A stretch of 64,000 bases of DNA from Priapulus caudatus (GCF_000485595.1 NW_014577065.1:433780-497779), one strand, 5' to 3'. Shown: positions 1 to 15,100, counted from the stretch's first letter. Made by a program: numbers and translations. Notes: a model not told the origin generated them from the sequence alone.

Positions 1-248
1 CAGGACTAACGGCTATGGGGCATTTACTAGTCCTTCTGTTTTTTTCTAACTAACTGACTAGCGTTAGTGTCGAACCCTGCTTTATTGAAAGGACCATGAA
101 ATGTGCTTTCCACTGACGTGCGAAGAGTAAGTGTCTGATAACCTTTTGACCCTCAAGAGGAGGGTTAAACATGGATTCCTGAACTGCCTCAATGATGTCA
201 CAGTGTTCTCATATTCATGGCACATCCATAATAGAGAAAACTCATAAG

Positions 249-314
249 CCTTGATAGCCTAATGGCTACAGCACAGGATTACGGCTCAAAGGTCCTTGGA
301 TCGAATCTCATCAG
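249..314 (+). repeat. Degenerate tRNA-like (SINE-head-like) segment inside a larger repeat
   Basis: A-box-like TAGCCTAATGG and B-box-like GGATCGAATC are spaced as in a tRNA and followed by a T-run. No convincing cloverleaf could be built. Confidence 0.3.
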
Positions 315-819
315 ATTTTTTATTATTTACCTGTTTTCTGTATTTTTCTATCTTTATCCATTTAACAATTTTTTTCCAATTAATGCAAATATTTACATGA
401 TTAATTTAACAATTTCATAACAACAAATAATTTTTACAATTGAATTTTTTTTTTTAATAGGGTTAGGGTTAGGGTCACAATGCACCATAAAACAGGAGTT
501 TCAGGCACGCGATTTGTATCAACCAATGGGATTTGGGAGGTATACAGAATGCAGAAGGTTGCTAAAATGATGTGTACGCAACTGCGTATCTGCATATCTG
601 CGCCTAACAAAGATGTCACTACGCACAACTTAAATGTTACGTTAGCATAAGACCTCAGATGAGCCCAGACGCTCTGCGGCTCTTGTTTATAACAGCAGGA
701 CTTTTTTTGAAGTTTGTTGATGTTAAATGGTCACAGATAAGTCACAGAAAGTACTAACAGTAGCAATTCTACTTACCTTGGTCAATTCTAAACACAGCTG
801 TTCTATCATTGCGAAATTT

Positions 820-1600
820 ATAAAAGTGCTAATATCTCTGTTGTTAGAAATGCCGAAGTTGCTGATTTTTCAAACGCTATTTCTCGAAACTCGTACCTAT
901 ACTGTTACTATACATTGAAAAAGAACATTTGTTTTATTCTAATGCCTGTAACTAACAGTAATAAGGTTATGCTTAATATGTATACCATGGATGATGGACA
1001 CACGTATTACTATCAGCTCAAAGCTATTGCCATGTTTCTCCCAGATATAATGGCTTTAATAGAAATAGGCAATTAATGATACTGTTAGGGTTGGGAGGTG
1101 ATTTTTAGTCAAAATTTCAATAGCCACTTTATTTGATAGATCACACCCATGGGCAGCTATGTATACGTAGAAATTATGTATACATGTAGCCTCCCAAACA
1201 GTTCCAAATCGCCGCATTAGTCGATTCTTAACACAGGTGTTCAATCATGGGAAATTTAGAAAGGTGCTAATATCTCCATTGTTAGAAATGCTGAAGTTGC
1301 TGATTTTTCAAACGCTATTTCTCGAAACTCACACCTCCGATTCCAAAATTTGTTGTTCCGTTTCAGTGCTAACATATTAAAGGAAAAAATGGTCCCTGGA
1401 ATTTTTATGAAATATATTTTAGGAGTTATGGCTCTTTGTTTACGAAATTGTTGTGTTTTCAAAATCATTACAAATTTTCGTGCATCTTTTCAACTTATTT
1501 AATAAACTAAAGCATTTAATAAAATTCCAGGGACCCTTTTTTAGTTCATATTATGAATAACTTATGGTTTAAAGTTTAGGTCCCAACTCTGCTGTTTCTG
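820..1600. repeat. Probable DNA-transposon remnant with internal direct and inverted repeats
   Basis: A ~55 bp direct repeat (TGTTAGAAATGCyGAAGTTGCTGATTTTTCAAACGCTATTTCTCGAAACTC) occurs at ~842 and ~1280. An inverted pair GGTCCCTGGAATTTT / AAAATTCCAGGGACC occurs at ~1391 and ~1521. Confidence 0.45.
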
Positions 1601-2126
1601 AGAAATGAGAAAAAAACATATTTTTACATAAATTCAAATTTTTCCCATCACTTAATTAGCGATGATTTTGTTTTGATTATTTCCGTGGAGAGCGTAGAGA
1701 GACATCTCTCTTATGTAATAGATATTAGTTTGATTGAATTTGATGAGCAGTTATGTTGCAATGCCGTTTACAGAGGTACCTGTCCATAACCCTGACAGTA
1801 TCAATGTGATTATCCTCAAGAACTAAAAAATCTCTTGCATCATTTTGGACATCATTTAACCCTCTTAAAAACTTACTTGTAACCCCCAGTTTAACAAATA
1901 CTAAACTAGACAATAAAGTCAAGGTAATCACAAAATGTTGACTCTTCTTCCAGTTTTATCCATGTAAATAGTGCTATGTTAGTACCTAGGGGTGTGTCTA
2001 AAGGTACCAGAGTAGCTTGTGAATAGGGCAGCTGTTGAAGTGTCTCTTAACACTAACACACATGTGTATTAAAACATCAGAATTGCACAAAGTATCCTTT
2101 GCTATTGTCAGCAGGTCAGTGTCATC

Positions 2127-5100
2127 ATGAGTAGCAGCCAACAACAAGAGTATTGGCTCATTTCTGCACCAGGAGAAAAAACATGTCAGCAGACATGGGA
2201 TAACATGAATAATGTTACGGCGAAACAGAGCAATTTGTCATTGAATTTTAAGTTCCACATTCCGGATTTAAAGGTAAACTGTTAAAAAATGTTCGTGTGC
2301 TATAGCTTGCTTAATTATCTGTTTATATTCACAGACAATGAAGTTTATGTAACGTATAGTTGGATTTTTCGTTGAACTAAAAAATTCCAAAAAGTTGTCG
2401 TATCCTACTTTGGGTATCGATTAGATTTACGCATTGGATTTGAAATATAGTTTTAAATTTCTTTCCTGCATAACTGAGCTCAAAGGGACTGCGGGCACCT
2501 TGTGTTGTTTAAAGTGTGGTGTGGAGATAACCGTGTGCTAGCAAGTAAATAAAATATTACACTAATGCAGCAGTTGTTACTCAATCACAAGCTGACGTGT
2601 TCAGGATTTGAGTTGCATCTAGAGGATAAAGTTGGTGCCTCCTATCATCTTGAATCTTTAAGCCAAAATAATGGTTGATGTGATAATAAAATAAAGTCGT
2701 TGTCCTTTCCAATTTAGGTTGGAACGTTGGATCAACTTGTTGGGTTATCGGATGACCTTACGAAGTTGGATAGCTACGTCGAGGCGTAAGAATAGTTGCT
2801 CCTGCAAAGTTTCCTCGCAAACTAAAAGTAGTATATTTGAAACTCTAGTTTTAAGTCTCGTAAAAGTTATATTTGCTATAGTATTTTATAAAATAATTAG
2901 ATGTGGAAATATGAGATGAGGTGAGTATGGCATAAGCATGCAAATGCTTGATACATGAGTTAGTAGTGTTCTAAACAATTATTGTAAAATATTGTAATTT
3001 AGTTAGTATTGTTACAGCAATCTTAGTGTAATTTTTTTTAAACTTTAATGATATCATTGCTTAATTTTGGCCAATTATCTTTTAGGATTGCGCACAAGAT
3101 TGCCCAGTATTTAGGAGATGTGCTGGAAGACCAGAGAGACAAACTGGCAGAGAACCTCTTGGCTAATGGAGGTAATTTTTCCCAAGTGAAAATATCGTTT
3201 TTGGAAATTTAATTCAATATGTCAGATAATGGAGTAGTTTATTAGTTTGTCACCTAACCGTGTAATTATTGGTATTATTAGCATGCTTGGCATAACTTAC
3301 AAAGAAAGTTATTAGCACGCAGAGTAAATTAGAAGCAAGAGTAAATTAGTTTCGACTGCAATACGTTTAGTTAGGCTAAAGTTGTTTATGTATTTTAATT
3401 TTCGGAGGTAGCAAAGTTCCTGTTTATTTAAAATCTACATTAATACCTCATCTTAATTTGTTTTTAATATAATAAAGTTGCTATGGGTTGTACGTTCATG
3501 CTTTGTATTTTTTCCGGTTAAATTTTTTATGCTCATGATATAATTATATACTATTAGTATTATATAAATATGAAATAATATGGTATGGATATTGTCTTAG
3601 AATACAAATAGGAGTTGTGATATTCATGTTGTTACTAAAACAAATATTTTACAGTGGACTTGGCAACATACTTGACAAGATTCCAGTGGGATATGGCTAA
3701 ATACCCAATCAAGCAATCTCTTCAAAACATACACGAGATTATAACTAAGGTGAGTATTTTATATCACAGAGTATATTCTTCTTTATCATGGCACGCCTAT
3801 GTATAATTGACATTTAGTTAGTTAATTATCCCTCGTAGGTGCCTAGATGGCATGTAAGGCAGTAATAGACATTTATGTACAAATAATGCACAATGTAAAT
3901 TAAAAATAATACGATGCACCAAGTATATATTTATAAAGCTAAACTTTATATTAATATTTAAAAAAACCATGAAGAAGTTTATTGAAAAACAGAAAATAGA
4001 ATTTTGCACGTGCTATATTAGTGTCTTTTTATTCTGGTCCCATGAAACAAGTCAAATTTCACATTTTCTTCACATGTGCACCAATGACGAATTGTAATGA
4101 CAGCAAGTTGGACAGATTGATGCAGACCTAAAAACGAAGTCTACTGCGTATAACAACTTAAAAGGCAACTTACAATCATTGGCAAAGAAGTCGAGGTATG
4201 TAAGAGATTTTTTTTTAAATGGTTCATATCACATTTATTTGCTATAGCCAATAATATTTAATTTTAAATTGGTACTTTTTAAATGTGTTCTTATGTAATC
4301 TTGGTGGTTAGTAATAGATTCGTGGTATTAAATGTCTATTGTAATAATATTTTTGGAGAGCTTGTTGGAGATGTTGTGATTGTGTGATTAACATAATAAC
4401 ATATGGTTTTTGTTATATCTAGTGGAAGCCTCCTGACTAGAAATCTTGGGGATATAGTGAAGAAGGAGCATTTCGTACTTGAGTCGGAATACCTGACAAC
4501 GCTGCTGGTCGTTGTGCCAAGGTGAATTTATAACAACATACTTAACAGCTGTTCAATACTATCCAGAGGTCGAAATTAGCGGTATCCTGATATCCGCGGG
4601 ATGGTAGATTCTTGTGTTGGATACCAGATTTCAATGCTTGGTATCCCGCCGGGATAGTAAAAAAAAAATCGCCAAAATCGGGATAGTAGTTGTTGAGCAT
4701 ATTTGCAAGCGTAAGCGTAGCCGATGTTTATCATAAATGTGATGTGTATACATTGTATCAAGCGAACCAGACAATGCGTCTACACAATACGTGTGCAGTG
4801 TACTTGTCTGTGCATATCTGTGAATCTGTTTTCATGTTTTTATATAATAATTACATTACAGGTACATATTAATAATTTTCAAATGCTATTAGCTGCGTTC
4901 ACACGAGATTCACGGCCTCGCTGGTTCCGTACTTATCTGGTGCTGAATTCGGCTGAAATACCGTGCTAACACAACCCGGAGCGTTCACACGAGAATCGAA
5001 AGCTTAGCTGGCTAGGTATAATATAGACTGGTACCCGGTCGACAGTTCCACACGCTACACTAACGTCGTGTAGCGAACGGGTACCAGTCTAGGTAAGCGC

Positions 5101-8100
5101 ACTACAGTAAGAGGCCTCAAATTGCGTTCACACGACAGACAATACGCAGCCAGCGTGGTGCCGAATGTTTCAGCGCGGTATGTGATTCCGCGCTGAATAA
5201 GCCTCGTATTTCAGCACGGTACTTGCTAAGCCGCGTATAAGTCTTGAATATTTTTACCGTGTGAACGCTCAGTACGGAACTGACATCCTCGTGTGAACGC
5301 AGCTATAATTGCTTATTTCAAGATTTTGGATACCAACATTGTTGAAATTACTATCCAAAAAATGGGATACCAGATCTTTGAGGGGGATACCAGATTTCAA
5401 TACCTGGTATCCCGAATGGATACCATAATAAAAATCCAATTTCTACCCCTGCTATCATAGTATGTTCTTCTATGCTAAATTGCACTATAACATTATTAGA
5501 AAAATCGATGAATGCAAATTTCATTTTACTTTTCAGCCAACTGAAACCGGATTGGCTTGGCAAGTATGAAACACTTGCTGATATGGTGGTGCCAAGAAGC
5601 AGTCGGTATGTATGAATACGATCTGTTGCTGTTGGTTTGTAATTATATTCACGATTCTGTATAGGTTATTGTGTATAATCATGTATGTACGCATGTGTCT
5701 GCGCATGCGTGTGTGTGTGCATGCATGCATGTATGTGATAAACAGACAGGTTCATTCATGTGAGAAAGGCACAGTGCACATTGCCATTTATAATTTAGTC
5801 CATATATTTTGTTTTTATGATTTTCTTGGTCTGATAACAGTAAGACTTAATTATGTTAAGAAAGCTAGACCTGAAAAGCAATGACAGATATATATATATA
5901 CAGATGATGTTAAAAGTGATTTTACTTCTTGAGTAAATATAACAAGTCAATGTTTGTTACCTCCTTACGGTGCAAAGTATATACTCGATTGTTGTAGTGT
6001 ATAGACTTCACAGAGTGTAGTGAATACACTATGGTATTAATTGTAGTTATTGATGTGTGGCTTGCATACATTCAGCTTGATCCTAGAGGACCCTGATCAC
6101 AGCCTGTTCTCAGTCACCATGTTCAACAAGGTCGTAGATGAGTACAAGCTTCATTGCAGGGAAAACAGGTGCGTATGAGCTTAGTAGGCAAGCAAGAGCT
6201 CAGAGTGCGTAGTCCTATTCTAGATTCATGTCAAAAGAACACTGGCTATGTTCTATAAATTGGTAAATTATGTACATTTTTGGTTCAGCCGATCGACCAC
6301 ATAGATTGCTGTTCTGTTGGTTAGGATAAACATCTTGGCCAGACTTGATCTGGTAGAGATATGCTTCAAATGTTGAGGTAGGCACTGTTTTTTTTAGGTT
6401 TGTGGTGCGTGAATTTGTCTACAATGAAGAGGCTCTGGCTGCCAGCAAGAATGAGATCACCAAGCTGAACATGGACAAGAAAAAGCAGTTCGTAAGTGCA
6501 CAGTTAACTGGGGTGTGATTTAATTCATCATAAATTCGTTAATATGTCTTGTGTCATCTAACACAATATCAGGGTTAGAATTTAATTTTTGAAACAACTC
6601 ACATTTTTTCACGAGTGGATTGATAATTTACTCACAAAATCAGAACCCTACTCGCACTTTTCAAATTTACTAACTCTAAGGCACTTTTAGAATAATCGTT
6701 GTCCCACATTTCAGCCAACCAAGCGATAATTTCAAACAACATATTTCACGTTAGTATGTTGAGGTGGTTGGAAGGTTAAGCAACCTGAATAACACAGATA
6801 TTTTTATTAAGTTCACCGCACCAACACTTGATAAGTCGGCTGTTTGGGTGTAATTTGGTCATCCTGTATAAGAAAATGAAGGCGTTAGGCAAAAGTCATC
6901 TGCAAGTTGTGCCATATTGTGATGAACCACACCATAGCATGGTAGTTTCTCTTGGAAGTATAATATATGTGAAATGGGTATCATGATACAGATCATATTG
7001 TGAACCACCCATATCAATCCACAACTAGTTTAAGTGTTACTGCCGTGTAACATTGCCATACATTGCACTTATGTATAGTAATTTTTAATGATTTTGGAGT
7101 AACTCTAACATTTCTAATGAATGACATTCAAAATGTTGTCTAGGCAACACTTTCTAAAAAACGGCATGTTCTCGCAGCAAAATGCATAGATATATCTACT
7201 GTAAGCTCGTCCATGTTGTAAAATTTTACTACAACTTATTTGTATTGCTAGTTTTACAATAAAATTTAAATAGAAGTTACGAACGTAGCACCACACGATG
7301 TTTACAGTGTTTACACATCCGGTACACAGCCGAGCAAACGTTGTGCTGCATTAACAGTTATTTTCTGTGATAACACATGTTATCCTTTATTGTTAGACAT
7401 GTTAGATGTTTACTCAGTACGAAATTGTGAAATTTGTTTAAATCATATATGTTATCTACATTACTTGTGAACTCAGGAAACAAATATTATAGTTTTCGTT
7501 CCAGGAACTATTTGTGCTAGCGTAGGCCTACTGTTGGCTCTTCACTCAAAAACAACTTGTGTATCTATATGCCGAAACAGCGTCCGACGCGGTTTCGAGA
7601 ATCCCAATGTTTGGAGCACATTTCTGGCTCAATAAGAACATTTCGTGATGTTTGCATACTGCAAGTATGCTCACAGTAGGTGTATGTAGGCTTTTTGTTG
7701 CGAGGTTTATCCACTTTAAGTCAATATATAGAGCAAGGCCCTGGTACTATTGAGCTTGTTTTACTAATAATCACTAGTAAAGTTGAAAAACAGTGGCTTT
7801 TTATGTGGCAGTCAGCAGGTCAACACATGACATTTTAAGCTCTGTGATGGACTGCAGGGTGGGCTGCATGAATTCTGCACATGCTGTCCTTTGTTGAGGG
7901 GGTAATTGTATTTTGTGAGTGTGTGAGTGCTAATGTCAAACCGTGATTATGATGGCCCTGCAAACGTACATAGCAAAAATAAACAATATAACGTCTCGTG
8001 TATTTTCTTATCTTTCATTACAGGGTCCACTAGTGCGCTGGCTAAAGGTAAACTTCAGTGAAGCCTTTACTGCCTGGATACATGTGAAGGCACTGAGAGT

Positions 8101-8816
8101 CTTCACAGAGTCTGTCCTGAGGTACATACATGTCGAAGATATGAGTTAGTGGGGAAGCTATTGATATGCAATTGTTGAATTTGCAAAAGTGCATCTCCTT
8201 GCTTGTGCTAATGCTGTGAAGCAGAAAGCCGTATAGCTACTGTGTATGTAACCTCAACCTGAGGTGAATGCTCTGGTGATGCAGGTACGGTCTTCCTGTG
8301 AACTTCCAAGCGATGCTGCTGCTGCCGTACAAGAAATCAACCCGCAAGCTGAGGGATGTGTTAAATCAACTGTATGCACATCTTGACAACAGTTCTATGG
8401 GCTCTGGATCAGCCGACGTGAGTTTTAACAATATTAAAACAATTGTTCCCTAGAATTTAACTGACTAGCTAAGCGAGTTGTCATTTGTATCTTTACGTAC
8501 TCATCACAGATGGGGTTTAAGGCTAAATTTTTAGCAATAAAGATTGATTGATTGATAAATCAAGTGATTGATTGGAATTAAGTGGTCCTCAGAGTGCAGA
8601 TACGCCTCATTCTGTGGATGACATGATTTTATATTGTTCTTGGCATGATGATCAACATTTGTGCAGACAATAAGCTTTTGACGTTGATCCTGATATGGTT
8701 TTCATTGTATTACTTCACAGATGGTGGATATTCCTGGTCTTGGCTTCAGTTACTCGGAGTATTTCCCATATGTCTACTATACCATGAAATTGGACTTCAT
8801 TGAGGCAAAGAAGTAG
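2127..8816 (+). CDS. ATP6V1C: V-type proton ATPase subunit C (12 coding exons)
   Basis: Exons 2127-2273, 2718-2785, 3086-3171, 3655-3749, 4104-4195, 4423-4521, 5537-5605, 6076-6168, 6398-6491, 8024-8121, 8285-8417, 8721-8816, all GT-AG. Translation gives [102 protein letters not shown] and YFPYVYY, which are hallmark V-ATPase C motifs. Confidence 0.97.
4564..5451. mobile_element. Non-autonomous TIR DNA transposon in a V-ATPase C intron
   Basis: Termini CAGAGGTCGAAATT / AATTTCTACCCCTG, flanking direct repeat CTATC (4559-4563, 5452-5456), and subterminal GGATACCAG repeats. Confidence 0.7.
4891..5304. mobile_element. Nested MITE (PIF/Harbinger-like)
   Basis: Perfect TIR AGCTGCGTTCACACGAG / CTCGTGTGAACGCAGCT in a TA context, with internal GCGTTCACACG copies. 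Confidence 0.75.
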
Positions 8817-11130
8817 TGAAGGCAGCTGTAATATACCATCACAGTGCAAAACATCATTCTGCCCATTGGGTGTCTGCGTGTTTACCAGTGTGTGACCGTT
8901 CACATTAACAATGCGAATTTTTTTAACTGTCAGCCACAGTGACACAACATCAATAACAACAATAACAGCAACATGATAATCACAACAGCAACAGAGCCAA
9001 TTAGACGGTTTGATTATGGATCAACATTTGACATATGCAGTCAATTTTGAAGAAGTTTAATTTTCCACCAAGTGACTAGGCAACTGTGCTGTTTTTTAAT
9101 AACACAGAACATCTGATTATAGGGTGTGTAACACCACTGGCACTATAAAATCTGCAGTGATGTATTATCCTGCCTGATGCACCCTACTCATCTCAGCTTG
9201 TTGACTCACTGACATAAGTATGTAATATCCCTTGTGGATAGCACATGAAAGCCCCCACTTGCACAAATGGCCAGCTCACACGTTTGAGTACATTTCAATA
9301 TTACAGTACTGGAATTTACAGGACACTGCTTTAATAGCTACTTATATTATGTAATGTAATGGGTGCATACAAATTTTGCTGCAAAAAAAGCTGCACAAAT
9401 GTTGGTAGCGCAACAGCTCGCACCCTTGCTAATATATTATGCATTTGTGGATCGTGCTACTACACTGAGGCACACACAGACAGCTACAGTGAGATCAAGT
9501 GGGTCAGCAAATAAAATTATGCAAAGAGAAATCCGTACTGATTTGTCCTTAACAGCCCTAGAGAAGGGTCTCATAATAAAACCAAATTTTTCCATAAATA
9601 GAGCAGCTAGTGACGAATGGATCAGATGCTTGCTGTTTGCAGTCGGCCTACCTTCACATCAGTCTGATTACAGGTAATAGTCAGCATATCGTCTGAGGAG
9701 CAATGCAGACAAGGTCATAGCTTGCTGCAGTTTTTACACAATGCCAGTGTGTAACAGATGTCAGGTGTGTAAGATTATAAATGGGGAGTGGTGATTCTAA
9801 CTTAAAAAAAATTAGCAGTGACATATGTCATTCTTAATCATGATTGATAACACTAATAGTCAGTTTTTTTGCAAAAACTAGACATTGCCAGAAAGCAAAT
9901 TAAGCATGGTGCTGACTCAAAAGATGCAGTAATATATACATACCCGTGTGGGTTTATGTTCAAACCTAAATGATGTGCGCAGGTGGTGAATTTAGGATTT
10001 AATAGTATATATCTTGTTGTTCAGTTAATGTGTATGGCAAGAAGACTTGTGGTAAGTATCAAGAGCGATAAACAGATTTGTTTCAATGAAAATATAGTGA
10101 CATATAACGTGGTCTTTTAAGAAAGTAGACATTAATTTTGGAGCCTGAATGATACACTATTATGATATGTTTCCCACAGGAAGTATCATGTATGCTGACT
10201 GAGGTGTATGAGAAACTGCAAGTTATCGAATTTTTAAGTAATTATCAAGAATTTGAAAACGACCATGTAATGTGATATAGTTGTAATACTATTCATCTTA
10301 AAATGTATGTGATAGATTGTTGATCACCAGTGTAAATTCAACCTCCTTAGAGATAGTCTTCTGCTTGCCAGAGGTTATCCCAAACAAGGCTGCCATTTTG
10401 ATCAGCAGAAGTTGAATTTTAAGGCTATTTCTCTGGTTACTTTTGAACGCTGACATCTGTTCAGTGTGAAGTATGTAGATTGTAGGCCTAGCGAATGATC
10501 AAATGTAGAGGGATCAGATTTAGAAGGTATGTGCATCTGATCAGGTGATCTGATGCACAGTGTTGTTCTGTACAGTCTATCAGTGAACGATTTTGGTGGT
10601 TTGCGTATAGCGCATAGATTTCTCTGTATACAAACAATCCCACAGAAACATGTGGGTATTAAAAGGTAATACAGCTGCTTAGCTGTAATATTTCGAGGTA
10701 AAAATGTAAATGAAATTACGCTTCTGAACGACCTTGATACAACCTCCCCGGGGTGGAGGTGTATGTCTCCTAATATTAACAAATCAATTTCGGCCCTGTG
10801 CATAAGAGAACCTTCGAGACCTTTGAGCTGACCTTCGACCTTGGAGACCGAACTTTCGAGAACCGTCGAGACCTGCTCAGAGACGTCTCAACTCAGTATA
10901 TAGTTTGAGCTATCAGCTCATGCGTGCACATAGTTGACGAGTACAAATTTAGTGGATGTGAATATACAGCAACTTTGCAAGAAATTGTAAATTGTTGCTT
11001 GAAGGTGTATATGTTTATTTGATTATTATGTAGTTGTTAATATGTGGTGTATGTTTTACGTTTAACAGAAATATATGTTAAATTACTAGACTAAAGCCAT
11101 GTATGCCTATCACTGCTATTTATAGTGCAA

Positions 11131-11136
11131 AATAAA
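11131..11136 (+). promoter_or_regulatory. Candidate poly(A) signal of V-ATPase C
   Basis: AATAAA ~2.3 kb after the stop codon, following a GT-rich UTR-like stretch. Other AATAAA sites exist upstream. Confidence 0.3.
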
Positions 11137-11417
11137 ACCACAATACAGTGATCCATACAATTGCAATAATACAATGTCATGTGCTATAGCCTATAATGTT
11201 TAGACACTCCTCTTCCTCCGAGTTACCTTACTCTTCTCTTAAAACAGTTACTATTATAACAGTGAGCCAACTGGTTCCTAGTTTAAGATCACACATACTT
11301 CAATAGTACACTATCTACTTGTCAGTCCCAGACTACTGGGTATTGCAGCTAGTAATACACAGGAATTGTAACGATCACTGTTCTTTCCAGTACAAGCTCA
11401 CGTATACTGTAACTATA

Positions 11418-11668
11418 GCTGATAGGGTCTATGTCCCCCAGGGTACTATCGGAGGGTACCCTGGGTACGTGTTGATTATCATCGGAACGTACGCCTGGTA
11501 CTATATCTAATATGCCGGACCGGTACTCGCCTACTCCACTAACGAGTCTAGGGAGTTGCTACGCCTACTCCCTAACCCTAACCATATCAGATAGTTACCA
11601 AGGGTACGTTCCGATATATCGACCGTACCCAGGGTACCCTCCGATAGTACGCTGGGGACATATGAGGC
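11418..11668. mobile_element. Foldback MITE family A (9-bp TSD, internal TAACCC)
   Basis: TSD GTAACTATA (11409-11417, 11669-11677), TIR core ATGTCCCCCAGGGTACTATCGGAGGGTACCCTGGGTACG, internal CCCTAACCCTAACC. Confidence 0.85.
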
Positions 11669-12199
11669 GTAACTATACGCAATTAAGCTTGTTGCCTGTT
11701 CATACAAGGTCACACGTACGGAAATGTAATACCGAACAGTGTACTCAATCAACTTCCTCCCGCAATTCAAGCTGGCTATCAGATGGTAGTAGGTTTGGCT
11801 TCCTTACACTAAGCTAGCATTTCATCTTGTTCACCATGCGCCGGTCAGAACCAACACTGTCCACCGCTCTTTATCCGCTGCATCACCATCTGACCGCGTT
11901 AGTAACTCCTGAAGAAGCATCAATGATTCAACATTCCCCCATGCCGTATATGCTGACTGCTGCGTGTGAGCGCTTCTTCTCACAAATGTCTCCATGTAGT
12001 GGACGGTGTACGCCTTATTATTTACAGGAGGACAGACGGCCTTGAGGATGTATTTCCTCGATCAGCAACACGGCGAATCTGCTGACTCTTGCTGCCGCAT
12101 ATCCTTCCTACAGGGTGTGCCAGCTGAAAGCAATTCCTATCTTGTTATCAAGAGATGTGGCTGGTTCCTTTTGAATGGAAGATCATTCGATCATACAGA

Positions 12200-15100
12200 G
12201 GATTCAGCAGATCCGCCTTGGAATGCAACAGAGGTCGCGGCATGGCTGGGTCTGGCATCCTGCAAGGTTCTGGAACATTCCTACAAATAGAGGTATGCAG
12301 ATTTGTGTTGTTGTAATGAGAAATAATAAAAGGATGACATGATAGACAGCTTTCAGCCGTGTTTTCTGTGGAATTCTTTCACCTATACAACATGCCAATT
12401 TCTTCTGTATAATAAAGACAGAAAAATCTTAGTTTATTTTAACAATAACCAGTGTATGGTTCAGATGCATTGATATTCATTGCTGTGGTATGTGATAATA
12501 GTTACCAAGCATGATGGCACACAATTTTTGCCTGACACTGGACTCTGACAATACTAAGACTATCAGAATGTGTGGCTTTGCTTTGGGATTTTCATACTCA
12601 ATTGCAATTCAGACTCATACAATACCCCTACAGCCCTAGTATATTACCCATCGTGGGTAGGGGTATTATATGAAAGTCTGAATTAACGATTTTGAATTAC
12701 TTTGAATATATACTTTATATTATCCCAGAAGGGGCTATTTTAAACACGATACAACCCTATAAAACGTATAAATCAAAGCAAGAAACTACGTATATATTAA
12801 TGTAAATACGTCTGCAAATTTCCATTTTACCTTTAAGCTGGCATCAACTGGAGTATTCAGGGTCAGAGTGTCTATTGAGCTATCATCTGGCACATCTGTG
12901 GTGAACACATCTTCCTCATGTAGAGTCTTCTCAACTGCTGGATACGGAATCAGTTAATGAGACTAAGCATTTAAATTGCACAGTACAATAACCAAAACAC
13001 ATTAAATTTATGTGTGGTTTTGGGGTTTTAATGCAAGAATGTAAATGATATTGATTTATTTGACACGTGTGATAACATGTTATTTCATTACTCATATCTT
13101 GATACAAGTCACTTGGGCTCATAGGGTCTATGTCCCCCAGGGTACTGCCGGAACGTACCCTGGGTACGGTCCGGTATACCGGAACGTACCCTAGCTGGTC
13201 ACTATTTGATATGGTTAGGGTTAGGGTTAGGGTTAGGGTTAGGATTAAGGTTAGGGTTAGGATTAGGGTTAGGGTTAGGGTTAGGGAGTGGGCGTAGGCG
13301 ACCCCCTAGACTCGGTAGTGGAGTAGGCGAGGTACGGTCCGGCATATTAGATAGTACCAGGGTACGCTCCAGCAGTACCCCGGGGGACATAGACCCTCTC
13401 AGCGTCACTGGGTTACAGATATGCAGAGTCAATATTATCCTGATGAGACTACTTATCTTGATATGCAGGGTGAAACTAAATACAGGAAAGCAACTGTTCT
13501 GTACAGCTGAAAATCTCGAGTACTTTCCTACCTTTTGAGATCAGCAACTGACCAATTGAAGCACCAGCATCTTCTTTTCTTCTACTACTGAAAATGCCTT
13601 TAACATCTGATGTGGTTTTATTGCAATTCAGTAGGACAGGCTCTGGTAATGCTGCCTCTTCTGGGGTCACTGCTTTTTCTGACATTACTGCTTCATCTGA
13701 GGTCACTGCCTTTTCTGATGTTACTAACTCTTCTGAGGTTGCGGCCTTTTCTGATGTCACTGCTTCTTCTGACATCAGTGAATCCTCTGAGGTCTCTGAA
13801 CCATCTGAGGTATCTGAATCGTCCGAGGTTACTTCTGACGCCCGTTCATCTTCTGAAGTCTCTAACCCTTCCTGGTCCACCAAAGTTACTCCTGACTCTA
13901 TGTTTAAAGGTTGCTCCTGTTCACGTTCCCTTCTGGCTCTAGCTTTGTACCTCATGTCTGCAAGAGCTGCAACACGATATAAATAATTTTGTTTGTTAAA
14001 TAACTGTTAAAGGTGTAGCATATGATTTACCTGTGTATTTCAGAGAGGAAAAATAATTAGAGATCGAGAGAGTAGGTTTAGATTAGCTTTGTATAATGGC
14101 TTTTGTTTGTAGCATCAGTGGTACATGTGTGATCAGGGCAAAGTATAAAAGTAAACTAGGTGAGTTGTGGTGTGTTTGATTTAGAATTAAGTTGATAATT
14201 ATTTGTTTCGGCATCAGAAGTAGTTTAGATTTTAGATTTAGATGTTAAGCAATCCTTATATTGTGAGTAGTAGCTAGCAGATGCTCTTAGATAACATTTG
14301 GAACAAAGACATATACAATCTTTGTGTAAGTGTGGGTTGGCACTCTTGGAGAGGCAGTTGAAGGAATTGGTGCAAGCGTGAAAGTGTAACTGCATGGTAC
14401 AGATATGATTGTAAATAATATATCTTTGGCTGATACATGTAAGAAACAATTTGTGTGTGATGGTTTGATAATTTTCTCAAAAACTCATCACCGTGTAAAA
14501 TGAGTTACATTTTAGTGCACGTGACCTGCCAAACCTAGTTTTGCAAAACCAATGCATACTGCTACCACAACTTCATCACAGGCTTATGATCATGATACGA
14601 TTCACAAACCAAGGACGAAGGAGAGATGGGGATATTTGGGTGAGTGAGCACAATTTACTTTACTGTTATTCTTAGTGTCTTCAGTTTGATTGTAAATATA
14701 GACCTTTGGCTGATGCACAATTCCCAAATCTCTTAGTCTTAGGTAACAACTTATTATTATATAACATGATGAATTACGAAGTATTAGTTTTTATATTACC
14801 TACATCTTGTACTCCCGTTGATGCCAAAAATGATGTAAGTAGCAATAAAAATGGGCAAAAAAATGAATCTTTTGTGATACAGAAAATTTTTAAACACCGT
14901 TGTGAATGCAGATCAGAGGTCGAATGGAATAAAAAGGTATATTAATAATTATGATCATATATAGATTTTATATTATCTTGATTGACTACGGTAATGTTTT
15001 TACATTAATCATGATCACTGATTTTCATATTATGTTAAATACTAAATTTATAGCCAACGAATGCAGTTAAAAACTGCCGTTTGTACCCTACCATCAACAC

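Noticed and set aside
249..314. Functional tRNA gene
   Set aside because: Stems pair poorly and the B-box is degenerate; kept only as a tRNA-like repeat.
9363..10803. 104 aa and 133 aa ORFs downstream of V-ATPase C
   Set aside because: No motifs; consistent with chance ORFs in 3' UTR-like sequence.
13214..13286. True telomere or chromosome-fusion site
   Set aside because: The tract is short, intronic and enclosed by TIRs and a TSD.
13202..13538. ORFs with LGLGLG / NPNPNP
   Set aside because: These are translations of the (TTAGGG)n tract inside a MITE.
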